Part shown: piece by piece, positions 43,939-57,629 of the stretch
How positions within the stretch are numbered: position 1 is the first letter of the stretch
How the letters are laid out: the number at the start of each line of letters is the position of its first letter
Assembly (NCBI GenBank): GCA_038233915.1
Contig: JBBSVA010000004.1
Span: 579-64,578 of the forward strand
Length of the DNA stretch: 64,000 bases
Source of the DNA: Mycobacteriales bacterium
Lineage (GTDB): Bacteria; Actinomycetota; Actinomycetes; Mycobacteriales; Geodermatophilaceae
Direction of reading: 5' to 3'
Made by a program: the position numbers and the translations under genes
Notes under the pieces: model-generated
Database searches by the model: none
The model's input: the letters and a program-made list of their open reading frames with translations, nothing else
What the model was told of the DNA's origin: nothing

Positions 43939-44879
43939 GGCGGGTGCTGGCCACTCCGGCCGACACGCACGCCTTCGGGGTCGAGCTCGCCGGGCTGCTG
44001 CGGGCCGGGGACCTGGTGCTGCTGTCCGGTCCGCTGGGCGCGGGCAAGACCGCGCTCACCCAGGGCATCGGCGCGGGGCTCGGCGTCCCCGGGCCGGTCA
44101 CCTCGCCGACGTTCGTGCTGGCCCGGGTGCACCGCGGCGGCCGGCTGCCGCTGGTGCACGTGGACGCCTACCGGCTGGGCTCGGTGGCCGACGTCGACGA
44201 CCTGGACCTGGACGCCGCGGCCGAGGAGTCGGTGACCGTCGTCGAGTGGGGGCACGGGCTGGTGGAGCAGTGGGCCGACGAGCACCTCGTCGTCGAGCTC
44301 ACGCGCGGGGACGACGACGTACGGACGGCGGTGCTGGTCCCGCACGGGGGGTCCTGGACCGCCCGGCTCGACGCCCGCCCCCGCCGCGAGCGGACCACGG
44401 TGCGCGTGCTGCTGCTCGACGACTCCGACCGGGTGCTGCTCTTCCGGGACAGCGACCCCGGCCTGGACCCGGTCCCCAGCTGGTGGATGCTGCCCGGCGG
44501 CGGCATCGAGGACGGCGAGGACGAGGTCGCCGCGGTCGTCCGCGAGGTGGCCGAGGAGACCGGGCTGGTCCTGGACCGCGCCCAGGTCGCGGGTCCGCTC
44601 GCGCGGCGGCGGGTCCGGCACGCCTACAGCGACGTGGTCGTCGACCAGCGGGACGCCTTCTACGTCGTCCGGGTGCCGGGGTTCGCCGTCTCCACCGCCG
44701 GGTTCACCGAGGACGAGCAGCACACGGTGCTGGAGCACCGGTGGTGGAACCGTGCGGAGCTGGCCGGCGCCACCGACCCGGTCTGGCCGGTGCTGCTGCC
44801 CGAGCTTTGGGACCTGGCCGGGACGCCGGCCGACTGGCCCCGCGCGCTGCCCGACGTCGACGAGTCCTCCATCCCCTGA
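43935..44879 (+). CDS. tsaE: tRNA t6A37 biosynthesis ATPase TsaE fused to a C-terminal Nudix hydrolase domain
   Basis: GTGA overlap with the UDG gene. The TsaE part has LSGPLGAGKTALTQGI, SPTFVL and HVDAYRL. From about aa 155 there is an intact Nudix box, [23 protein letters not shown]. Confidence 0.85.
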   Translation: MRRVLATPADTHAFGVELAGLLRAGDLVLLSGPLGAGKTALTQGIGAGLGVPGPVTSPTFVLARVHRGGRLPLVHVDAYRLGSVADVDDLDLDAAAEESVTVVEWGHGLVEQWADEHLVVELTRGDDDVRTAVLVPHGGSWTARLDARPRRERTTVRVLLLDDSDRVLLFRDSDPGLDPVPSWWMLPGGGIEDGEDEVAAVVREVAEETGLVLDRAQVAGPLARRRVRHAYSDVVVDQRDAFYVVRVPGFAVSTAGFTEDEQHTVLEHRWWNRAELAGATDPVWPVLLPELWDLAGTPADWPRALPDVDESSIP

Positions 44880-44958
44880 CCACGAGCCCTCTGACGACGA
44901 GCCCCCCGACCACGGCGTCCGCCGACCGCCCCCGGGCCGGTGACTAACCTGGCTCCTC

Positions 44959-45597
44959 GTGCTCACCCTGGCGATCGACACCGCGACGCCGACCCTGGTG
45001 GTCGGTGTCGGCGAGCCGGGTCCCGGCGGCGGGGTGCTGGCCGAGGCGGCGCTGCCCTCGGGCACCCGGCACGCCGAGCTGCTGACCCCCACGATCTCCG
45101 CGGTGCTCGCCCACGCCGGGGTGCTCCTGGCCGACGTCGGGTCGCTGGTCGTCGGGCTGGGTCCGGGGCCCTACACCGGCCTGCGGGTCGGCATCGTCAC
45201 GGCGGCGGCGATCGGTGACGCCCGTGAGCTCCCGGTGCACGGCGTCTGCTCGCTGGACGCCGTCGGCACCGGCGCCCGGGTCGTCGTCACCGACGCCCGG
45301 CGCAAGGAGGTGTACTGGCGGGCCTACGCCGCCGACGGCACCGCACTGACCGAGCCCGGGGTGGGCCGGCCCGAGGACCTCGAGCTGCCCGACCTGCCGG
45401 TGGTGGGCGACGTCCGTTTCGCCGAGCGGCTCGGCATCGACGTCACCCCCGCCGAGGTGAGCACCGCCGGCCTGCTGCGCACCGCCGCACCGCTGCTCGC
45501 GCACCCGCCGGCGCCGCTGGTCCCGCTCTACCTGCGCCGTCCCGACGCCGTCCCGAACGTGGTCCGCAAGGCCGTCTCGCAGGGGGTGCCGCGGTGA
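44959..45597 (+). CDS. tsaB: tRNA t6A37 biosynthesis protein TsaB
   Basis: GTG start. MLTLAIDTATPTLVVGV...GLGPGPYTGLRVGIVTAA matches TsaB. 212 aa. Confidence 0.93.
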   Translation: MLTLAIDTATPTLVVGVGEPGPGGGVLAEAALPSGTRHAELLTPTISAVLAHAGVLLADVGSLVVGLGPGPYTGLRVGIVTAAAIGDARELPVHGVCSLDAVGTGARVVVTDARRKEVYWRAYAADGTALTEPGVGRPEDLELPDLPVVGDVRFAERLGIDVTPAEVSTAGLLRTAAPLLAHPPAPLVPLYLRRPDAVPNVVRKAVSQGVPR

Positions 45598-46023
45598 TCG
45601 AGCTGAGGCCGATGACCCGGGCGGACCTGACCGCCGTCATGCGCCTGGAGGAGGAGCTCTTCGCCCCCGACACGTGGTCCCGGGCGATGTACCTGGAGGA
45701 GCTGGGCATGACCGACACCCGCAGCTACACCGTCGCCGTGGACCGCGACGAGGTCGTCGGCTACGCCGGTCTGATCGCGTACCCCGACGAGGCGCACGTG
45801 GCCACCATCGGGGTCACCGGCTCCCGGCAGGGCCAGGGCGTCGGCGGCCGGCTGTTGGACGCGCTGCTCGCCGAGGCCGACACCCGCAGCCCGGTCGTGC
45901 TGCTGGAGGTCCGGGCGACCGACACCGACACCCAGCGGCTGTACGCCCGGCGCGGGTTCGTGCCGATCGGCGTGCGGCCGCAGTACTACCCGCTGAGCGG
46001 GGAGGACGCCCTGGTGATGAAGC

Positions 46024-46031
<8 letters not shown>
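45594..46031 (+). CDS. rimI: Ribosomal-protein-alanine N-acetyltransferase
   Basis: GTGA overlap with tsaB. GNAT motif ...[21 protein letters not shown]...RLYARRGF. Canonical position between tsaB and tsaD. Confidence 0.9.
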
Positions 46032-47076
<1,045 letters not shown>

Positions 47077-47111
47077 AGGACCCACCCCCCGACCCGCTCA
47101 TCGGGGCCGTT
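47077..47111 (+). repeat. Short-loop member of the hairpin family (after tsaD), overlapping the convergent gene's stop codon
   Basis: TGA-AGGACC-cac-CCCCGA-cccgctca-TCGGGG-CCGTTGCGCC. It keeps the AGGACC and CCGTT flanks but has no 34-nt core. Confidence 0.45.
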
Positions 47112-48351
47112 GCGCCGTGTTCTCGCACAGCAGGACGGTGGGCACGTCGGACACCCGCGTGACGACGACGACGGCGTGCCCGTCGCCCCTGCCGCGCAGC
47201 TGCCTCACCAGCGCCTCCGGCTCCACGGCCGACCCGCGCTTCTTCACCGTCACACTGCCGATCCCGCGCCCGCGCAGCAGGGCCTTGAGCCGCTTGACGG
47301 CGAAGGGCAGCACATCGGTCACCCGGTAGGAGCTGACCCACGGGGAGTCGCTCGGCGAGTCCGAGGTCAGGTAGGCGATCTGCTCGTCGACCAGCGTCGC
47401 TCCGAGCTCGGCGGCCACGGTGGCGACCAGCCCGGAGCGGATCACGGCGGGGTCGGGCTCGTGCAGCCACTCCCGCGGGGCGGCGACCGGCGCGCGTCCG
47501 GGATCGCTGTCGGCGGTGAGCTCGTGCCAGGTGCCGGCGCGCAGCTGGGTCGCCCGCCGCCAGGTGGTGGACGGTCCGCGCCCCCAGAGCAGCGCCTCGA
47601 CGATCGAGCCGCCGACCGACACCCACTCGGCCTCGACGCCGGCCGGCACCCGGTCGTGGTCCAGACCCGGCGCCACCTTGACCACGCTGGTGGGCACCCG
47701 GTCCAGCAGCGCCGCCACCGTCGACCAGGGCGGGGACCAGCCGTCGGGGTCCAGCACCCGCCGGCCACCGGCCCGGCGGGCCGGGTCCAGCACGGCCGCG
47801 TCGCAGTCGGCGACCCGGCCGCCGGTGGCCGCGGCGACCAGGTCGACGACATCGGCGTCCAGCACGGTCACCCCGGTCAGCCCCAGGGTCGCGGTGTTCA
47901 GCGCGGTCAGTTCCCGGGCCACCGGGTCCCGGTCGACGGCGGTCACCCGGGCGCCGGCCCGGGCCAACGCGACGGTGTCGGTGCCCGAGGCGCAGCCCAG
48001 GTCGGCGGCCGAGGTCGCGCCGCCGGCGAGCAGCCGGGCGGCCCGCCGGTCGGCCAACGCCGGGCGGCCGGCCTGCTCCAGGGTGTCGCCGGTGAACAGC
48101 AGCCGGTCGGCATCCGCGCCGAAGGCCGCCCGGGCCTTCTCCCGTTGCCGGGCGACGCCCCAGGCCGGGCCGCCCACCTCGGGGCCGAACTCCGCGCGCA
48201 GCCGGGACAGCGCGGTGACGACGTCCGTGCGGGCGGTCAGGAGCACGCCCGCGCGGGTCAGCGCGGCGGCTCCGGTCGGGGTGGCCAGGGCACGGAGCTG
48301 GCGCAGCGTCTCGGCGGTCTCGTCCTCTGCCACCGGCACAGCCTGGCCCAC
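47098..48351 (-). CDS. Class I SAM-dependent methyltransferase (THUMP-like C-terminal region)
   Basis: ...AADLGCASGTDTVALARAGARVTAVDRD... is a SAM motif I. Start GTG 48351 (alternatives 48339, 48333) is chosen so the CDS stays clear of the groES CIRCE/promoter. The ORF extends to 48465. Confidence 0.75.
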   Translation of the reverse strand: MGQAVPVAEDETAETLRQLRALATPTGAAALTRAGVLLTARTDVVTALSRLRAEFGPEVGGPAWGVARQREKARAAFGADADRLLFTGDTLEQAGRPALADRRAARLLAGGATSAADLGCASGTDTVALARAGARVTAVDRDPVARELTALNTATLGLTGVTVLDADVVDLVAAATGGRVADCDAAVLDPARRAGGRRVLDPDGWSPPWSTVAALLDRVPTSVVKVAPGLDHDRVPAGVEAEWVSVGGSIVEALLWGRGPSTTWRRATQLRAGTWHELTADSDPGRAPVAAPREWLHEPDPAVIRSGLVATVAAELGATLVDEQIAYLTSDSPSDSPWVSSYRVTDVLPFAVKRLKALLRGRGIGSVTVKKRGSAVEPEALVRQLRGRGDGHAVVVVTRVSDVPTVLLCENTAQRPR

Positions 48352-48384
48352 GGTGTGGACCCGGCCGCGACCGGTGTTGAACGG

Positions 48385-48411
48385 CTGGCACTCGGGTGGG
48401 TAGAGTGCCAA
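48385..48411 (+). promoter_or_regulatory. CIRCE (HrcA) operator upstream of groES
   Basis: CTGGCACTC-N9-GAGTGCCAA compared with consensus TTAGCACTC-N9-GAGTGCTAA. About 120 nt upstream of groES, with TTGAAC just 5' of it. Confidence 0.8.
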
Positions 48412-48530
48412 TCGACACGGGCCGGGCCTGACCCCCGCGACGGCAGACCCCGGCCTCCGTGCCACAGCATCCGCACCACCTGCACTGTCACAGCCACTGC
48501 TCGTCCGATGAGAAGAGGGGGAGTCACCAC

Positions 48531-48839
48531 GTGACCACCGCCACCAAGGTCAGCATCAAGCCGCTCGAGGACCGCGTCGTCGTCCAGGCCAACGAGGCCG
48601 AGACCACCACCGCCTCCGGTCTGGTCATCCCGGACACCGCCAAGGAGAAGCCCCAGGAGGGCACCGTCATCGCCGTGGGCCCCGGCCGCATCGACGACAA
48701 CGGCAACCGCGTCCCCCTGGACGTCAACGTGGGCGACGTCGTCGTCTACTCCAAGTACGGCGGCACCGAGGTGCGCTACGCCGGCGAGGACTACCTCGTG
48801 CTCTCCGCCCGCGACCTGCTGGCCGTCGTCGTCAAATGA
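48531..48839 (+). CDS. groES: Co-chaperonin GroES
   Basis: GTG 48531 after [51 protein letters not shown]..., 102 aa. Confidence 0.98.
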   Translation: MTTATKVSIKPLEDRVVVQANEAETTTASGLVIPDTAKEKPQEGTVIAVGPGRIDDNGNRVPLDVNVGDVVVYSKYGGTEVRYAGEDYLVLSARDLLAVVVK

Positions 48840-48914
48840 AGGACCACGTCGCCCCCCACCGCACGCTCCGCGCGCGGCGGGACCCTGCGACGTAGCCGTT
48901 CCATCGCCTCACCT
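48840..48914 (+). repeat. Stop-codon-anchored hairpin element, long-core copy 3 (after groES)
   Basis: AGGACC, arm ACGTCGC, core CCCCCACCGCACGCTCCGCGCGCGGCGGGACCCT, arm GCGACGT, tail AGCCGTTCCATCGCCTCACC. Confidence 0.75.
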
Positions 48915-50644
<1,730 letters not shown>

Positions 50645-50730
50645 AGAAGGACCCCCTCCCACCCCACGACGCGCTCCGCGCGCCGCGGGCCCCTGGGAGG
50701 GGACCGTTCCAGTACGTCACCACACCGCGC
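50645..50730 (+). repeat. Stop-codon-anchored hairpin element, long-core copy 4 (after groEL)
   Basis: AGAAGGACC, arm CCCTCCC, core ACCCCACGACGCGCTCCGCGCGCCGCGGGCCCCT, arm GGGAGGG, tail GACCGTTCCAGTACGTCACCACACC. A further 12-bp hairpin lies at 50731-50762. Confidence 0.75.
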
Positions 50731-50809
50731 GGGCCGATCGACCCTCCGTGGTCGACCGGCCCTCTCGGGTGTCCTGGGGGGCCTGTCGGCCCCGGGTGGT
50801 GCTGGTGGG

Positions 50810-51109
50810 TCAGACGCCCGCGGCGACGGTGGCCGGCTCTGTGGCGATGAGCCGGGTGCGCTCCTCCTCGCTCATGCCCCCCCAGACGCCGTAGGGCTCG
50901 CGGACCGACAGGGCGTGCTTGAGGCACGCCTCGACGACGGGGCAGGTGCCGCAGACGGCCTTGGCGGCGGCCTGGCGCCGGGCGCGGGCGGGGCCGCGCT
51001 CGCCGTCGGGGTGGAAGAACAGCGACGTGGACTCGCCACGGCAGGCGCCGTGCAGTTGCCAGTCCCAGACCTCGGCAACGGGCGTGGGCAGGCGGCGGAT
51101 GTCGGCCAT
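50810..51109 (-). CDS. whiB3: WhiB-family Fe-S transcriptional regulator (WhiB3/WhiD-like)
   Basis: MADIRRLPTPVAEVWDWQLHGACRGESTSLFFHPDGERGPARARRQAAAKAVCGTCPVVEACLKHAL...PYGVWGG has four Cys and the GVWGG turn. GGAGGA SD. Sits next to groEL, as I recall for mycobacterial whiB3. Confidence 0.93.
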   Translation of the reverse strand: MADIRRLPTPVAEVWDWQLHGACRGESTSLFFHPDGERGPARARRQAAAKAVCGTCPVVEACLKHALSVREPYGVWGGMSEEERTRLIATEPATVAAGV

Positions 51110-51544
51110 GGGTCCTCCTCGACTCGGTCAGCCGGGGGTGCTGCCCGGCCGCACGGGAGTTGTGTCCCGGGGTGATCACCGTCAAACGCATCGCGATCAC
51201 GCTTTCTGTTGCGAGGTCCTCCGGCCTGTGCGACGCGGCCCGCCGGGGGTCACCCGGGGTGTGCGTGGTAGGCGGCCCGCTCGCGGAGAACCCAACCGAA
51301 AGTGTCCGTCTCACTCCGCTGGGTGACATTCCCTGTCCGGACACGGTCGAGTGGATCAAGGTGGTCCCCAGGCGTGCCGACCACCTGGGTGGGCGACCCA
51401 CGGCCCTCCGCCGACACGGGTGGGGGACACACGGGTCGCCGCCGTCCGGATCCCCGGTCGGTGCGGCCACGGTCGGGCGACACCCGGCCACCGGCACACC
51501 GCCGGTCCACCTCGGGTGGACCGGTGCAGCGACGGAGGTAGTGA

Positions 51545-52309
51545 GTGATCGAGGACAGGACACGGGTCGGCGTGAACGGCGGAGCAGGCGCGCCGTCCTC
51601 GGGTGGTCAGGTCGTGTGGGTGTTCGACGAGCGCCGCCGCGTGCGGGACGACGTCGCCTCCCGGCTGGTCGCCCTGCCCTTCGTCGGCCGGGTCGAGGCC
51701 GTGGGCGACCCCGCCTCCCTGCTCGCCCGCCTGGCCACCCGGCAGCCCGACGTGCTGCTCGTGGGCACCCAGCGGGCCACCGACAACGGCCTCGCCGTCG
51801 CCACCCAGGTGCTCCGCGCCCACCCCGGCCTTTCGGTGCTGGTGCTCGGTGCCCCCGATGACGCCGAGACCGTTCGCGCCGCCGTCGCCTTCGGAGCCCG
51901 CGGGTACCTGCGCTGGGACGCCTCACCCGTCGAGATGGGCCTGGGCCTGTCCCGGGCGGGCCTGCGGGCCGAGCCCGGCCGCCCGCCGCACAGCGGCCCG
52001 CTGTCCACAGTCGGTGCCTCCTCGGCCCCGGCGTCCTGGTCGTCGGGGTCCAGCGCGCTGGCCGGCGCCGGCCCCACCACGGTCCGCGCCGCGGTCCGCG
52101 TCGACGTCCCCGCGGTGTCGTTGTCGGTGCGTGAGATGCAGGTGCTCACCGGCATGAGCCAGGGCAAGTCCAATGCCCAGATCGGCCGGGAGCTCTACCT
52201 GTCCGAGGACACCATCAAGACCCACGCCCGGCGGCTGTTCCGCAAGCTGGGAGCCAAGGACCGTGCCGAGGCGGTCGCCACCGGCTTCCGCCGCGGGATG
52301 ATGAGCTGA
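51545..52309 (+). CDS. LuxR-family regulator with a degenerate (pseudo-)receiver domain
   Basis: C-terminal HTH: LSVREMQVLTGMSQGKSNAQIGRELYLSEDTIKTHARRLFRKLGA. The N-terminal REC-like fold lacks the phospho-Asp (PDVLLVGTQ), the conserved Thr/Ser and the Lys. GTG start is uncertain. Confidence 0.75.
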   Translation: MIEDRTRVGVNGGAGAPSSGGQVVWVFDERRRVRDDVASRLVALPFVGRVEAVGDPASLLARLATRQPDVLLVGTQRATDNGLAVATQVLRAHPGLSVLVLGAPDDAETVRAAVAFGARGYLRWDASPVEMGLGLSRAGLRAEPGRPPHSGPLSTVGASSAPASWSSGSSALAGAGPTTVRAAVRVDVPAVSLSVREMQVLTGMSQGKSNAQIGRELYLSEDTIKTHARRLFRKLGAKDRAEAVATGFRRGMMS

Positions 52310-52357
52310 CCGACCCTGCGGGAACGACCCGCCTGGAGGGAGCGGGCGGGTCCTGCT

Positions 52358-52756
52358 TCAGTCCTCGCGGGAGTGCCGGCCCGGGGTGCGCCCGTCGCGG
52401 GGCTCCTCGGCCTCGGCGCGGGCGGCCACGCCGTCGGCGTACCCGCTGGCGTAGTCCCAGCTGACGTAGTCGTCGGGGTCGGGGTCGAAGGGCGGCTCGT
52501 GCCGGCCGGTCTGGCCCTCGTCCAGCAGCTGGCGCAGGTTGGCCTGCATCAGGGCCCAGTCGACGTGGTGCTCCTCGTCGCAGTCGGGGCAGTCCACGAC
52601 GATGCCCTTGACGCCGGTGGGCTCCAGCAGCGTGCGGAAGACCTCGAGCTCGGCCAGGTCGTCGAGGACGCCGGCGCGCTCCTCCATGGTCAACGGGGGA
52701 GGGGGTGCGTCCTCCCCGGCGCCGTCGGTCCCGAACGCGTCGTCCCACGAGGTCAC
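52358..52756 (-). CDS. Conserved actinobacterial hypothetical protein (DUF5319-like), divergent from guaB
   Basis: 132 aa and acidic, with ...GIVVDCPDCDEEHHVDWALMQANLRQLL.... The family assignment is from memory of the guaB neighbour in mycobacteria. Confidence 0.6.
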   Translation of the reverse strand: MTSWDDAFGTDGAGEDAPPPPLTMEERAGVLDDLAELEVFRTLLEPTGVKGIVVDCPDCDEEHHVDWALMQANLRQLLDEGQTGRHEPPFDPDPDDYVSWDYASGYADGVAARAEAEEPRDGRTPGRHSRED

Positions 52757-52812
52757 CGGGCCAGCCTAGGCGTCCCTGGGGTGTGACGGGCCTGGCAGCC
52801 TACGATCGATGA

Positions 52813-54411
<1,599 letters not shown>

Positions 54412-54461
54412 GCACCCGCACCACCCCGCCCGCCCCCCAGACCCGGACCCGGTGACCTCCT

Positions 54462-55610
54462 GTGCCAGTGCGTGACAACGTCGAGATCGGGCTGAACCGC
54501 TTCGCCCGCCGTGGCTACGACCTCGACGAGGTGTCCATCGTCCCCAGCCGTCGCACCCGGGACGTCGACGACGTCTCGACCGCGTGGCAGATCGACGCGT
54601 TCCGCTTCGAGATCCCGCTGGTCGCCAGCCCCTCGGATGCCGTGATGAGCCCGGCCACCGCCGTCGCTGTCGGCCGGGCCGGCGGGCTGGGCGTGCTCAA
54701 CGCCGAGGGCCTGTGGACCCGGTACGACGACCCGAGCGACGCCTACCGCCGGCTGCGGGACGGCGCCGGGTCGACCGGGTCCACCACCGCGCTGCTGCAG
54801 CAGCTCTACAGCGAGCCGGTCAAGCCCGACCTGGTCACCGCCCGGGTGAAGGAGCTGCGCGACTCCGGGGTGACGTCGGCGGTGCGGATCAGCCCGCAGC
54901 ACACCGAGGCGCTGGCCCCCGCCGTGCTGGCCGGCGGGGTGGACCTGCTGGTCATCCAGGGCACGATCGTCTCCGCCGAGCACGTCACCACCACCGGTGA
55001 CTCGCTCAACCTCAAGGACTTCATCGCCGACCTCGACGTCCCGGTGATCGTCGGCGGGGCCGCGGACTACCAGACCACGCTGCACCTGATGCGCACCGGC
55101 GCCGCCGGCGTCATCGTCGGCGTCGGTGCCGACAGCGCCTCCACCGGGGACGCCGTGATGGGCGTCCGGGTGCCGCTGGCCACCGCGATCGCCGACGCCG
55201 CCGCGGCCCGCCGCGACTACCTCGACGAGACCGGCGGTCGGTACGTGCACGTCATCGCCAACGGCCGGATCGAGACCTCGGGTGCCATCGCCCGCGCGCT
55301 GGCCTGCGGGGCGGACGCCGTCCAGCTCGGCGAGCCGCTGCGGTCGGCCACCGAGGCCCCGGCCGGCGGCGCCTGGTGGGACTCCGTCGCCGCGCACCCC
55401 CGGCTGCCCCGCGGTGTGGTGTCCGCCCCGGTGAGCACCACCGCCCCGCTGCACCAGGTGCTCCTCGGCCCGGCGCTGGGCTCCGACGGTCGCACCAACC
55501 TCTTCGGCGCGCTGGCCCGCACGATGGCCAAGACCGGGTACCGGGACCTCAAGGAGTTCCAGCGGGTCGACCTCGTGATCGGTGGAGCCATCGGGGACCG
55601 GGTTCGTTGA
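54462..55610 (+). CDS. guaB3: GuaB3-family IMP dehydrogenase-related protein
   Basis: ...[16 protein letters not shown]...[14 protein letters not shown]...[12 protein letters not shown]... has an IMPDH-like barrel without CBS domains. Lies between guaB and guaA. Confidence 0.88.
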   Translation: MPVRDNVEIGLNRFARRGYDLDEVSIVPSRRTRDVDDVSTAWQIDAFRFEIPLVASPSDAVMSPATAVAVGRAGGLGVLNAEGLWTRYDDPSDAYRRLRDGAGSTGSTTALLQQLYSEPVKPDLVTARVKELRDSGVTSAVRISPQHTEALAPAVLAGGVDLLVIQGTIVSAEHVTTTGDSLNLKDFIADLDVPVIVGGAADYQTTLHLMRTGAAGVIVGVGADSASTGDAVMGVRVPLATAIADAAAARRDYLDETGGRYVHVIANGRIETSGAIARALACGADAVQLGEPLRSATEAPAGGAWWDSVAAHPRLPRGVVSAPVSTTAPLHQVLLGPALGSDGRTNLFGALARTMAKTGYRDLKEFQRVDLVIGGAIGDRVR

Positions 55611-57172
55611 TGGACTTCCCGACGGTGCTGGTCATCGACTTCGGTGCCCAGTACGCCCAGCTCATCGCCCGCCGCATCCGGGAGGCCGGGGTCTACTCCG
55701 AGCTGATCGGCTCCGACGTGCCGGTCGCCGAGGTGCTGGCCCGCAAGCCGGCGGCGATCGTGCTGTCCGGCGGGCCGTCCTCGGTCTACGCCGACGGCGC
55801 CCCGCAGGTCGACCCCGCGCTCTTCGAGGCCGGCGTCCCGGCGTTCGGCATCTGCTACGGCTTCCAGGCGATGGCGCAGTCCCTCGGCGGGACCGTCGCG
55901 CACACCGGCGACCGGGAGTACGGCGGCACTCCGCTGACCGTCACGACCGGCGGCCGGCTGTTCGGCGAGACCCCGGTCGAGCAGTCGGTCTGGATGAGCC
56001 ACGGGGACGCCGTCTCGGCAGCCCCGCCCGGGTTCACCGTCACGGCCACCTCCACCGGCGCCCCCGTCGCGGCCTTCGAGGACGTCGACCGCCGGCTCGC
56101 CGGCGTCCAGTTCCACCCCGAGGTCCGGCACACCGCGCACGGCCAGACGGTGCTCGAGCACTTCCTGTTCGACATCGCGGGCCTGGAGCCCACCTGGACG
56201 ATGGCCAACGTCGTCGAGGAGCAGGTCGAGGCGGTCCGTACCCGGATCGGTGACGCGCGGGCGCTCTGCGCGCTGTCCGGAGGCGTGGACTCCGCCGTCG
56301 CGGCGGCCCTGGTGCAGCGGGCGATCGGGGACAAGCTGACCTGCGTCTACGTCGACCACGGGCTGATGCGCGAGGGCGAGACCGAGCAGATCGAGCGGGA
56401 CTTCGTCGCGATCACCGGCATCGACCTGCGGGTCGTCGAGGCGCGCGAGCAGTTCCTCACCGCGCTGGCCGGGGTCAGCGACCCCGAGCAGAAGCGCAAG
56501 ATCATCGGCCGGGAGTTCATCCGGGTCTTCGAGCAGGCCGCCCTCGACGTCGTCGCCGACGCCCAGGCGCACGGCGAGACCGTGGAGTTCCTCGTCCAGG
56601 GCACGCTGTACCCCGACGTGGTGGAGTCCGGTGGCGGTACCGGGACGGCGAACATCAAGAGCCACCACAACGTCGGCGGGCTGCCCGATGACCTGACGTT
56701 CTCCCTCGTCGAGCCGCTGCGGACGCTGTTCAAGGACGAGGTCCGCGAGGTCGGCGTGCAGCTGGGCCTGCCGGAGTCGATGGTCTGGCGGCAGCCTTTC
56801 CCGGGGCCCGGGCTGGGCATCCGGATCGTCGGTGAGGTGACCGCCGAGCGGCTGGACACCCTGCGCCGGGCCGACGCGATCGCCCGGGCCGAGCTCACCG
56901 CCGCCGGGCTGGACCGCGACATCTGGCAGTGCCCCGTGGTGCTGCTGGCCGACGTGCGCTCCGTCGGCGTGCAGGGCGACGGCCGCACCTACGGCCACCC
57001 GGTCGTGCTGCGGCCGGTGTCGAGTGAGGACGCGATGACCGCGGACTGGACCCGACTGCCCTACGACGTGCTGGCGAAGATCTCCACCCGGATCACCAAC
57101 GAGGTGGCCGAGGTCAACCGGGTGGTGCTGGACGTGACCAGCAAGCCCCCGGGCACCATCGAGTGGGAGTGA
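55610..57172 (+). CDS. guaA: GMP synthase (glutamine-hydrolysing)
   Basis: ATG 55610 overlaps the guaB3 [23 protein letters not shown]...ICYGFQ...LSGGVDSAV...PPGTIEWE matches GuaA. Confidence 0.98.
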   Translation: MDFPTVLVIDFGAQYAQLIARRIREAGVYSELIGSDVPVAEVLARKPAAIVLSGGPSSVYADGAPQVDPALFEAGVPAFGICYGFQAMAQSLGGTVAHTGDREYGGTPLTVTTGGRLFGETPVEQSVWMSHGDAVSAAPPGFTVTATSTGAPVAAFEDVDRRLAGVQFHPEVRHTAHGQTVLEHFLFDIAGLEPTWTMANVVEEQVEAVRTRIGDARALCALSGGVDSAVAAALVQRAIGDKLTCVYVDHGLMREGETEQIERDFVAITGIDLRVVEAREQFLTALAGVSDPEQKRKIIGREFIRVFEQAALDVVADAQAHGETVEFLVQGTLYPDVVESGGGTGTANIKSHHNVGGLPDDLTFSLVEPLRTLFKDEVREVGVQLGLPESMVWRQPFPGPGLGIRIVGEVTAERLDTLRRADAIARAELTAAGLDRDIWQCPVVLLADVRSVGVQGDGRTYGHPVVLRPVSSEDAMTADWTRLPYDVLAKISTRITNEVAEVNRVVLDVTSKPPGTIEWE

Positions 57173-57227
57173 CGTCCGCTCGCGCCCTGTCCGCCTGAGG
57201 CAGGGGATCCCCTGCGTGCCGGGGGAG

Positions 57228-57629
57228 TCATCCGCGGCGGACGCGGCGGAGCTCAGCAACCAGCAGGCCGGCCCCCAGCACGACCAGCAGGACGGCGACC
57301 AGACCGCCGCCGAACACCCAGCCCGGCAGTGACGTGCCGACCACGCCGAGCACCGCGACGACGCAGAACAGGATCCCGGCGATCAGGCCGACGAGGTCCG
57401 GGGACCGCTTCGTGGCCGGGGCCGCGGCGACCTGCGCGGGCTCGGACGTGGTGGCCGTCTCGGTCCAGCCGCCGTACGGGTACGAGGTGGACCCGGTCGG
57501 CTGCACCGACGTGGGGTGCTCGGAGGTGGGGTTCTCGGAGGTCGGGTGCTCGGTCGGCTGCACGGCGGTGTCCTGACGGTCGAGGGGGCGGGCGGGGTCC
57601 TGCGGTGCGGTGTCGGTCGGCTCAGCCAC
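57228..57629 (-). CDS. Small membrane protein with a PTS(E/V)x pentapeptide repeat
   Basis: GTG 57629 overlaps the upstream gene by 8 nt. ...QPTEHPTSENPTSEHPTSVQPTGS... is followed by two hydrophobic helices (LIAGILFCVVAVLGVV, LVAVLLVVLGAGLLV). Confidence 0.6.
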   Translation of the reverse strand: MAEPTDTAPQDPARPLDRQDTAVQPTEHPTSENPTSEHPTSVQPTGSTSYPYGGWTETATTSEPAQVAAAPATKRSPDLVGLIAGILFCVVAVLGVVGTSLPGWVFGGGLVAVLLVVLGAGLLVAELRRVRRG

